Shown here piece by piece: positions 35,013 to 53,400 of a stretch of DNA of 64,000 bases. This DNA is from the human T2T-CHM13v2.0 reference genome, Homo sapiens. How positions within the stretch are numbered: the first letter of the stretch is position 1; each line of letters begins with the position of its first letter. The DNA is taken from NCBI RefSeq assembly GCF_009914755.1, contig NC_060925.1; one strand, written 5' to 3'. The notes beneath the pieces were generated by a model. That model was given only the letters and a program-made list of their open reading frames with translations. It searched no databases and was not told where the DNA came from. A program made the translations under genes and the position numbers.

Positions 35013-35159
35013 CTCAGGGTAAAAAGAGGGTACAGGCACTTTCTTCAAAGCTCCTTCTTTTGGTGACATCTGGAGCTTCAGAGGCAGTGGGAGATGGAAT
35101 GGGGGTCAGATCCATGGAGATCATTATTGGCAGCATTATTGGCAGCAATTCCTGAGAAA
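35013..35159 (-). other. Candidate cryptic ASH1L cassette or poison exon (147 nt)
   Basis: ccatctctctctcaattgtttcag|TTTCTC...CCCTGAG|gtgggt. Phase 1-1, open for 47 full codons, then TGA. Confidence 0.4.
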
Positions 35160-36071
35160 CTGAAACAATTGAGAGAGAGATGGCTTACTTAGCTCACTTA
35201 GCTTCTAAGCCATTTTTCATTTCCTGAAAGTAATGGAAGCCAGCAGCCTATTCTTAGGATTTAATAGGAGATTTGAGTAAAATTTCATTCAGGAAGGTTC
35301 TCATTTTTCATTTTTAAAAGTTTGAATTCCCTGTTCATACAGAGCAGAGCTATTCTTAACAATATTCCATATTTAAAAAGAATCAAGTTGTATCCTTGAG
35401 ATACAGATCTCTATCGCTTGGTAATCATCAGCTCTAGCATCTTATTTCACTTAAAAGCAGTGCTCACAGAGGCAGTAAGAAGATGAGGATAACTGAAAAA
35501 ACATTAACGATATAAAGCAACCAAGTTTAAGACTGGAAAGTGATGCTATCACTTATGTAAAAGAAATAGCAACCAGTTAAAAGATGTTCAAAGTATGTTA
35601 AAATTAGCCTAACAGTAGGAATCATATGAAATCTGCAAACATCTGTAACATTGCCAGAAATACACTGTTTTATAAACGCCAATTTGCAGTTGGGCTTCCA
35701 GAAAGAACCAGATAATGCCCAGAGAACTAGTATGTCCAATTCAACAGAGACCAATATATATGTATGTGTCCAAACCTAAAACATAATGCAGAGCAGAGTC
35801 GAGTGCGATATCGTGTTCAGTACATGGACTATGGAGTAAAGCATCCTTGGGTTTGACTCCTGGCTCTGCTACAAATTAAACTAGAGAGAATCTATAGAAG
35901 TAAATGTGCCTGGGCTTTGGTTTAATAAAGCTAAGTTACAGCATTGTTGTGAGTCCCAAAACGAGATAATGTAATCCAAAAACAATTTTATAAAATTCAA
36001 AATGTTTTATAAATATTAGTGACTACTATATATTAATTGAGTCCTTAGGTTTATTATGGAATTTTTACATA

Positions 36072-36372
36072 GGCAGGTGTGGGGGCTCATGCCTGTAATC
36101 CCAGCACTTTGCTAGGCCGAGGTAGCCAGGTTGCTTGAGTTCAGGCGTTCAAGACTAGCCTGGACAATATGGCGAAACTCAGTCTCTACAAAAAAAAATA
36201 AAAATTAGCTGGGCATAGTGGTGCATACCCTGTAGTCCCAGTTACTTGGGAGGCTGAAGTGGGAAGATCGCTTGAGCCCAGGAGGTAGAGGCTTCAGCAA
36301 GCTGTGATCGCACCACTGCACTCCATCCTGGGCGACAGTGAGACCCTTGCCTTAATAATAATAATAATAATG
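36072..36372 (+). mobile_element. AluJ-like element with (TAA)n tail; MIR-like remnant at about 35800-36030
   Basis: Diverged Alu dimer. Confidence 0.85.
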
Positions 36373-38632
36373 ATAGAAAGAAGAGCAGTGAGTTATACCC
36401 AGTAGGGAGCTAGAACTAACCTATTAACATCAAGCATTTACCTTAAACATAGAGTGAATCCAATTAAGAAGTACTACTCATATAGGCACCTCCAGGGCTG
36501 GTAGGTACTTGCAGGGTAGGAAAAAGTTACTCTGAGTGAATCTTCTAATTCACTGACTCTTCGCCATAGCTTTTGCAGAGTATGCCCAAGAGATGAGTCA
36601 GAACCAGAAGACGTCTGGCTTTCTGCTCAGTTTTTTCCCAAGGGAGAAAGTAGTTTTCTGCTTCCCCTACTTAGCCCTTTTCCTTGCTGTCTCCATCATG
36701 TGACAAATGTTTGCTCATGTCTCAAGAGTAGCCATTTTAGATCTGCCTGGAAGGATGTGTGGAGGCTCCCCATTCCACAAAGGACAAGAGGTTTATATGA
36801 ATTCTAGTTCAAGAAAATCTGACACTTCCTCAAAGCATACACACAAAGAACACAATTGTAGATATCAAAGAGTTCCCATCATTTTTCATTTCAAAATACT
36901 ATAAAGCAGAATAAGTATTTCAGAAGTGAATAAAGACTACAAATAGGAATTCCTTAGTTCACAATATTACTACGTAGACCACCGCTGTGTCTCATCACTC
37001 AGATGATGACAACTTCAGAATATGTTTGGAAATTCTACACACATAAATGCAGGAAGTAGAAATTATAGGCAAGCTGCAAAAAAAAAAAGTACCTAAATAA
37101 AATTGGATTTCAGAATAAATATAAGTAGATTATTAAGGGAAATAGTTTTTCTTCCGTTGGAAATAAAGGCCCTCATGTAAACAAGGCAGACTACTAGTAA
37201 AGAGGAAGACAGAAAAAGAGAATACCATAAATTGGAATAATACAGAGAAAATTAAGAATTAAAACCAAACTTGCAAATGTGAAGGAACCTTGGAAGTGAT
37301 TTTAATTATAGACTCTCTGGATTTTATTTGGCCAGTATTTGATGAACTTTTGAAGATAAAGACAGGATTTACAGAAACATTTTTGCCAATTTAAACAAGA
37401 GGGGAAAGGTAGTGCTTTTACAGCAAAACTGTAAGATGAAATCAGGGATACAAACTGTCAAAGTTGAAAAAGTAAAAAAAGAACATAACTGGATCATAAA
37501 GAAATAAGATTATGAAAATCTTTATAATAAACAGAAAATGAGCAGAAACCAAGAACCTGTTTTCAAATTGATTTGCCACAAAAAATCTTGATTGACATTT
37601 CCACTGGAGGAACTAAAACAAACCAAAGATATAAAAGTAATGCTACTTTTACAGATGCCTGGGTGTGAAGACAGTAAAACAGGCAAAGATAGCAGAATAG
37701 ATAAAATTCTCACTGATAATAGTGTCTGCAGTGGTGGAGGCATCCCAAAGAAATCATGAGAATAAAGATTCAACTAACTACTCATTGAAGCCCTGAGCAT
37801 CCTAGCCTAGAAAAACAAGGAATTTCCCTGGTGCCAAATACAAATTAGCAAAAAAAAAAAAAAAAAAAAAAACAGTGAATTAAATCAATAGTTGGTTGGA
37901 CAAAACATATGTTTCTTTAGCCTAAGTTCACTATTAAAGCTTTTATAACTTAATATAGTATGAATTTTAGTCACACTCTGGAGATCAACACTAAAGACAC
38001 AAGTAACTAAGAAATCATTTATATGAGTGGAATGTTTGATGTTTGCAATGCTAGAAATATCTTTGGGTGAATTACAGAAAAATAAATTAAGTATGCTAAT
38101 TTGGAAGAATGCTATGCAGTAGTCAGTTCTAAGATATTATCGATTTTAAAATAATTTACTTTAAAAGTTTCTAACACTGAAATTGTTCCTTCCCACCAAA
38201 ATTAAATTGTTACAAAAGTTTAGTTTTAAAAAAGATTTCTCTTCTTTCATTATTTATAAGTCAAAGCTATTTGGGAATGTGTGTTAAACAACGACTGAAC
38301 CAAAATTGGTTGTAATAAAAATGGCTACCATAGTAAAGGAATATGAACATAAAATATCAAACTATTTGAGAACTTCTGGTCAAGATTTTTTTTGTTCCCA
38401 GATTCAAGTTCTGAATCCTTTGGTATGGTTCACAGTTGATAGCCACCTTGGAACCTTCTTGTGAATGAGCTGAATGCTAAGGTAAAAGCTGGGTCCACAA
38501 TAAAAACAGCTGTTTTCAATTGTGGGAAATACAGAAAGCAATACATTTTATCTGATGCACCAACTAAATGCACTACAAGAGAGTATGACTCAGAGCCTGT
38601 TCTGGCGATTTTTAAGCTATAAAGTCTGTTTT

Positions 38633-38960
<328 letters not shown>

Positions 38961-39119
38961 CTAACTAGGCTATTTTTCATAATGCCCAAATGACATCATT
39001 CACTGAAATGGAATTCTTCTGGAAATTCCCCTAACTGCACTAACCACACCACAAACAATTTTCTTTCATCTCTGTAGGTTCACACTTCCTTTATAGGCAT
39101 ATCTTTTTTCTATCATGTT

Positions 39120-39380
39120 TTAAATCTTTTTAAAATTGATACATAATAGTTGTACATATTTATTGGGTACATGTGATATTTTGTTACATGTATAGAATGT
39201 ATAAGAATCAGGTCAGAGTATTTTGGGTATCCATCACCTTGCGTAGTTATGATTTCTGTGTCAGGAACATTTCAAGTCCTCTCTTCTAGCTATTTTTGAA
39301 AAACACAATATTGTGCTGTCACCTATAGTCACCCCACCCTGCTACTGAACATCTGAACTTATTCCTTCTAACTGTTGCAT
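39120..39380 (-). mobile_element. L1MA-type 3' end
   Basis: aattgatacataatagttgtacatatttattgggtacatgtgatattttg. Confidence 0.75.
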
Positions 39381-40414
39381 AGGTGTGTCTTATAAACAGC
39401 ACTAGAGAAATTGTTTGAGATCAGTATATTCTGATCAAAGCTTATACTCTTCAGTTAAAGAGAAAACTCAGTATTCTTTGCTTCAATCTATATGCTTGTA
39501 CAGTGAATATACTTTTTCCAAAAAAAAAAGGTTTAAGCCTCACTTATTCTTGGAGGACAAAATATTCATCATCACTGAATGCACCAAATAATGTATATAA
39601 TTTACATGTAGTAAATCATTTATAATAATGTTCCATTGTCTGCTTGTTCTATGACTTGTAAGCTATAAATGCTAAATGAAAATACTCCATTCTACTGCTC
39701 TGCCAATTTTAGAATCCAGGTTTGTAAGTTCTGTCATGTGTAGCCAGCCATGAGTCACATATGCTGAAAAACAGGGATGAAATAACTGACATTCCAGGTC
39801 AGAAACTCTTGCTCATCCAAGTCAGAAACTCTTGCCCATGAGACCTATTTCATGTCTACCTAACATACATACATAAATTAAATAGAATCACTATCAGGAT
39901 TGGGAGAAACCAGGAAACCTGGCCTTACTTAAGTGTGTAATTTTACTGTAATTTCACTTGCATCAAGCTGATTTTATAGCTGTTAGTCTGTACAGTACAG
40001 AACAGTATATGTTAGAAAAATAAGCTAACTACCATATGCACATAATTTATAAAAGTGATTATAGCTGTTATTCCTTTTAAGTCTTCATAAGATTTAATTT
40101 TACAGTGAATATACTTGTTTACTTTAAAAATGCTCAAAGTGATAAGTCAGTTTGATTCCCCATTTTTGAAACAAGGAGAGAAGGGTTAAATGCCTTGGTC
40201 CAAGCTACACATTCCAGTGTCCCTAATCTGGTTTCATTTATTTTTCCTGAAATTTATATCAACATGATTTATCAAATATGCCTGTTTTACCCCCAACCAA
40301 CACTTATGAGGAATCCACTCAATACAAATAGTAAATAACCTTTATTTCTTATTTCATCAATTATCAGTTTGAGATATGTTTTACTTAACAATTTGTATTC
40401 TGCTGTATTAAAAA

Positions 40415-41210
40415 AACTCATTATTCTGGAATAAATTCAGATTTACATAAAAGTTACAAAGATAGTACAGAGAATACTCGTATGTCCTTTACCCAACATC
40501 CCCCAATGTTAACATCTTACATAACTACAGTACATTTGTCACAACCAAGAAATTAATATTGGAATAATACTATTAACAAAATTCCAGACTTTGTTTAGAT
40601 TTAGCCAATTTTTTTCCACTCATGTCCTTTTTTCACTGTCAATCTGGGATATCACATTGTATTTAGTTGTCATGTCTCCTTAGTCTTCTCTGTTCTGTAA
40701 AAGCTTCTCAGACTTTCCTTGTTTTTTCAGGTCCTTGATACTTTTTAGTACTGGTCAAGTATTTGTAGAATGCCCTTTATTATTATTATTATTTTTTTTT
40801 TCTGCTTAGATTTAACACATTCTATCAGAGAGTACATGATATCACCATGCCTTATCATTGGTGAAGTTAACCTTGAACTTGGTTAAGGTGCTGTCTGCCA
40901 GGCCTCTTCACTGTAAAGTTACTGCTTTTCCCTCTTCATACTCTGTTCTTTAAAAGTCAGCAGTCCAGTCCATATTCAAGAAGAGGTAAATTAAGTTCCA
41001 CCTCCTGAAAGTGTGTTCTACATATATTATTTGGAATTTTTCTGTAAGGAAGATTTGCTTCTTTTCTGCCAAGTATTTATTTAGTCAATCATTTATTTAA
41101 ATCAACATGGATTTATAGATATTGACTTTATTTTTTAGGTTATAATCCAATCCTCTCATATTTATTTTGTTGCTCAAACTGTCCCAGCTTGGACCACTGG
41201 GAGACATTTC
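40415..41210 (-). mobile_element. L1MC/MD-type 3' end
   Basis: cagatttacataaaagttacaaagatagtacagagaa...cccaatgttaacatcttacataac. Confidence 0.7.
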
Positions 41211-41731
41211 AGGATAATAATATCCTGAAGGTGATCAACAATATTGCAATACCTATTATACAGTAGGTAGTTTTGGGAGCATTTTAACATGATACCAAAT
41301 GTAAAATGAATCTACCTTAAATTTATATATGGAAAAAATCAACTGAAGACCGAGAAGATCACTTAAAAATCATATGTAATTATGTATTTCTTAAACCTTT
41401 ATACTTCAAAAAGCAACCTGACATCACAGATTGAGAAAATGTAATTACATCTTCAACAGAATGCTATAGAATAACAATGTCATTGTAAGGAAAAAGCAAA
41501 TAATAAACCAGTCAGAAGTGCTACAAAAGAAAACACTGAGGAAAAAATAGCAAAATGTAAAGGTGTAAGAATTTTAATTGTCTGCATTTCCTAACTTCCA
41601 TTCCTCAGCCTCCAGAAATCTAACATTTGCCACTATACAAATGGCTCTCAGACACAAGACAAACTAACCGCCAAAGCCAATCATCCACTTTCAGTACTTA
41701 CCTAACCAATCTCCCATAACACTTGACACTC

Positions 41732-43424
<1,693 letters not shown>

Positions 43425-43777
43425 TAACTGTTTGCTGAAAGAACAGCTACCATCATAAGGGAATAGTTAAGAATAAAAATCAAATACATAAAATACTCCT
43501 AAACAAAACCAGTTCTGACTTTCAAAGGGATCAAAACAAAAGATATCTGAGCCTGAATTAATATTTTTATTTAGTATTCTGCTTAACTAAAAACTTTTCC
43601 TCGACTGGTTTTTGTTAAGACAACTAAACCTATTCTCACATCTACCTGAAAAAAGTATATTAAGTTTCTATTAGAAAATCAAGTCACATCTCCATGTACT
43701 TATCAACAGTAATTGTGAAGAAGATGGAGAGATTCCAAGATAGAGAACAATTAACAAAAGAATTTAGACTTATGATC

Positions 43778-44507
43778 AAGTAAAGAATATAGCTGGTCTT
43801 TGTCCCTGGTTCCTGGCACAGAGTTTCAAAAACCCTTGTAATTACCCAAGTGACAGGAATGTCTCTGTTACGACAGTGAGATGAAAGCCTGAGGTAACTT
43901 CAAGATGGGGGCCGGTGACCAGAAAGACCAAATCACATAATTAAAAATCTGAAACTTTGGGTCACCCCAACCTCAAGGGAGTGGAGAACTGAAAATTGAA
44001 TTAAAAAACATGGCCAATGATCTAATCAATCCGGCCTACCTAACAGAGCCCCAATAAAAACTCTGGACACTGAGGTTCACTGGAGCTTCCAGGTTGGTGA
44101 ATATAGTGATGTGCTGGGAGGGCAATGTGCCCGGATTCCACAAGGGGAAAGGCATGGAGGTCTGTGGACCCTTCTTGCACCAAACACTGCTCTATGTATC
44201 TCTTCAACTAGTTGTTCTTGATCTGCATCCTTTGTAACAAAACTGTAATCATACTATAGTGCTTTCACAAGTTCTGTGAGTCCTTTTAACAAGTTACCAA
44301 AATTGAGGGGGTTGCACGAAGTTGCAAATTTTTAGCAGGCCAGGCAGAAGTATGGATGTCTCAGGAACACCAAAATTTGTGACTGGCATCTGCAGTCTCA
44401 TGATGAACTCTGCTCTTAACTTGAGGTCTTCACTAGCTTCAGGTAATTTGTATTCAGAATTGAACTAAATTGTACAACATCCAATTGGTGATAGAGAACT
44501 AGTGTCA
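43778..44507 (+). mobile_element. MER21-like solo LTR
   Basis: ggtctttgtccctggttcctggcacagag..., ggccaatgatctaatcaatc, caataaaaactctggacactgagg; family assigned from recall of the consensus. Confidence 0.72.
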
Positions 44508-44569
44508 GAGCAGTGACTTCAGAGAGGTCTTTGTGGTTTCTGTATGTTATTTTATAAAGAAGAAAAAAA

Positions 44570-49412
<4,843 letters not shown>

Positions 49413-50445
49413 TAATGCACAAGTTTTTAATCTTTTAGGGGAATAATAATAATAACTAATATTTGCATGCTTACTATGTGATTACTTTTCATAATACCCC
49501 TACAAATCCCATTATATAGGAGGTTTAGAGAATATACTGAGGTTTAGAGAATTTACTTGGAAAATCTGATGAAATTTTTCTAGATTATCACTAAAAAAGA
49601 TGCACAAACATATATACCCGTAATTTTACTTACAACATCAGAGGGTTTATGGACTTCCTAGAGTTATTTTACAAACTCTTAGGCTTAAGATCTCTCACAA
49701 AGAACTTCTAATCTTTTATTCGAGTGGCAAATGCTTACTCTTTGTTTTCTATCTTCTCAATTCTTAAAAGGTGTATAATTAAGAGAGAAAAAGATGTACA
49801 ATTCTTTCTAGATGTACAAATGCATTTTCCAGATTTCTTTTTTTTCTATCTAATTGAAGCAGCTTTTATGAAAACATCAAAAGGTATGCTGCAAAATGAA
49901 GTCTGTCTGAATGAATATTCAGTTAAATTTTACAATGCTGAAAATGTCCAATGTTTGAATTTTTATTATGAGACATACAGTATTAATAACATATTCTTCC
50001 TGTAACAAAGATGCATTTATAACTACTGGATTAATATACATTAAAAATCCTTCCAGCATTACCTTTTACCTCTTGGGGTGGTGGGGGCAGGGGGTGGTGG
50101 GAGATCCTGCATACTACTAACAGACCTATGAGCCATTTGTCTTTATAAAAATTGTGTAATAACCTGTCTACATAAAAAAGATGAATGATTTTTCCTGGTT
50201 TCCAAAAGTTATGTATATTTCTTTCTTTTTTTCTTTTTGACAATAGCTCTTCTCAAAACAAAAAAATAATATAGACATTCCCTACTTCTTAAATCTTAAG
50301 GAAAAGGAATACTGAGATTTCAAAATACACTTATTAAAAAACAAAAAAAGATATATATATTAAAAGTTCATCTACATTTATCAGGCACCTGTGGAAAATA
50401 ACCTATTTCTTTAACAAATAACAGGTAACAAAATAACCCTCTTAC

Positions 50446-53400
50446 CTGCCAAAGTCTGTACTGCCCTTTCGTTAGAAGGCAGTGACTCCTTTCTGTGAAG
50501 CCGATTTAGTGAAGTGTCCTGTGCAGAAAAGAGTCCAGGGCTGTCAGTTAATTTCTTCCGGCCACTGGAGTTAGGGTTTGAAACTCTGCAGCTGCCTATT
50601 GCACTTGTGAAAAGGTTTGTATGTTCATCACTGCTGGCTGGCTCAGAGTTGGGAGTGAATCCTCCAAGGGATAAGCTTGGAGAACTTTCTGAACAGTCAA
50701 TCTGTAAAGGTGTCTGCAATCCCAAGGCCAATGGACTAGATTCTGAAGGCTCTCGGTGGACCCACTGTTCCTCTCTGTTTATTAAGCTTTTTGAAGGAGA
50801 GAGATGAGGGCAGGACATGTGACAACGGTGCTTTTCCTTATGCTTATATCGCTCTCCAACAGCATCCTTTCCAAATCTATAGCGCTTCAAAGATTCCAGG
50901 ACAGATCGGGAAGAGCCAGTGTCCATAGAAACCTGGGGTTGTTCAGAAGAACGGTGTTCTCTGTGTTTGTGACGGTGCCTGTGTTTGTGCTCAACCATCC
51001 AACCATAGGCCATCTCAGGAGGAACACTGGGGTAGGTACTCATGGAAAGGAGGGGAGTCCTGCTGGTTGTAAGAAAGGCCTCCTGTCGAAGTAGCTTATG
51101 CTTTTTCTTATGGTATTTGGCAGGATTGAGAAGTAAATGACCAGCATGCATATAGGAAGGAGGTGGAAGTGGCGTGGTGAAAGAAGGAGATGGAGGAGGT
51201 GGATAAAGAGTGGGAGGATACCTTCCATAGTAACCTAATCCTATGGGAGCAGCTGTAAGGGGTGAAGGAGAGTAAGGCATACCATAAGATGGATAGAATC
51301 CAGTACTAGAAAGAGGAAAACTAAGGCTGTGCATAAAAGGCATTTCAGCCATTGCCTCCCTCATCTTAGGGGGTCTCCCTCTTTTCTTTTTTAAGTCAGG
51401 TTTTCGAATGTAGTGCAAAGGGTCTAAGGGGAAAGAAGGATGTGTATAGAAACTATTAAAGTTGATTCGAAAGATAGTTGGCAGAAGATCTCGGGGGATA
51501 AAATGATGACTTCGATGAGTGATCCGAATTTCACTTAGGCGACTTATTAGTTCCTCCAGCTCTGCAATAAAGTCTGGATCCTGTCTATTTCGAAGCTGGG
51601 GATATTTCTTTTTCCGTTTTCGTTTCTGCCTTTTCATCTTGTCATAGCTGAGGTAATCATGATTCCTGCGCTTACATTTGTGTTTATGTTTTTCTTTAAG
51701 ACTGCTTAGCACTGTAGAGGTTTCAGGGGGAATCAGAGAAACATGCTCAAAAGAATGCCTCCTCTTTTTTTGCCCACAAAATTTCTCTGCCCTGTCTGAT
51801 GTGCTGTTATTATCTGTTCCAATTCCACTATCACTGGGAATGGTCTCATCACTATGAGACTCACTGATTGGGGAAGGAGTAGCTTCTTTTAGAGATGTGA
51901 GTTCACTCAAGTGCGAAGGAGAATTTGGCAACAAAGTAGGAGGAGATAACCGCCTCCTCCCCTTTGAGGCCTTCTTCATTGCAAGAGTCTGAATCATACT
52001 GCCCTGTCTGGAGTGTAAATGCAAATATGGCACTGAACTGGGTTCAACAAAACCTGCATCACTACTTACAGGGCTCTGACCTCCACTAGTCCCAGAAGAC
52101 TGAGAGCAAATAGGTGATGGAAGAATCTCAGAACTACTAGCAGATGAAGGCAGTAATGGGGGAAGAATCTGTCCTAATGCTGACCCAGCTGCCTGTTGAG
52201 CTGTTTGCTCAAGAACAGCAAGGCTAGTAGGACTACCAGAAAGAATACCATTTAAGACAGTTTTTGGTTTGCGACCTCTTCTCTTTCCTATATAAATGGT
52301 TCCTTTCTTGCTGACATTTATCTGTTGGCCCAATTTAGAGCCAAATGTGGCAGCAAGACTTGATACCGTATTATGGAGTTTGGATTGCACTTTCCCTTTA
52401 TTACTTGATTCTACAGAACTTGAAAGAATCTGATTCAACAGTTTCTTTCTCTTTAAAGTCTTCATTTTATTTATTTTGCGGATAATTGTTTTCATTAATT
52501 GTCCATTGTTTCTCTTGGTAATTTTTTTATCTGGTTCCATCTCAAGGTCACTCATACTACAGACACTTGGCCTATGACTGTCATCTAGGTCATCTGGATC
52601 CTGAAGTTGATCCTCGCTCTCAAAGAAATCACTGCTACTTCTATGGTTGTCACTTTCAGATTCTAGCTTGCTTGGACTTTCAGTGGCAACAAATGGAGCC
52701 ACTGACAGTACAGGTGGCTTCATCTTGACTGGTGACCTCATTTGCCTCTTAGGCCTGCCTCTCTTTTTTGGAAAAGGAGACACAGACAGACCTTGTTTGA
52801 AGGAAGGGATTTCAATTTCTGGCTGTAAAATTGGGGGTTCTTGTTCTTCCTTAGACTGTAAAGAAAACACTTTAGAAGCAGGGATTTTTAAAGTCCTTTT
52901 AGGTGGCCCTTCCAGTTGAGGCATCTCCTTAGATTTAGGCCTTCCTCTTTTGGGCTTATAAATATCAGACAAAAGGTCACTAGAGACACACATACTGGAG
53001 GATAGTTTGTGAGTAGCAAAAGACTTATGAGATGGTTTTTCACTATCAGCTAAGAGAGCAAGAGATGGAGCTGTGGATTTGCTCAACTTTGGCAATCGGC
53101 GTTTAAGGAAGTCATGATCTACAAATGAAGGGGGTCCAATGTTTTTCATAAACTTGGCTGGCTCAGAATTACTATTTGATAGTGAGCTACATGAAACGTT
53201 TTTAAAAAGCTCTGATCTTTCTAATTCTAGCCCTTTTGGAGACCGGCATGTGCTTCTTGCCACCACTTTAGTCCACCGAGGTTTTCTTCCTTTTCTTTTT
53301 TTTAATGGTTTGGACTGCAAACTAGTACTTAGGCTTTCAGCAACTTGGCAGTGTTTGTCTGATGCAGATACTGCACCCAGTTTTAAAAAAGGCTTATTAC

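Noticed and set aside
34889-35068. 59-aa minus-strand ORF MSPKEGALKKVP...HYQIA as a retrocopy or microprotein
   Set aside because: I recognise no parent protein, poly(A) tail or TSD. It is kept only as context for the candidate exon.
39797-39840. Short tandem duplications (23-bp period here; similar at about 10028-10068, 42289-42316 and 49521-49551)
   Set aside because: Ordinary slippage duplications with two copies each and no array or CRISPR-like structure.
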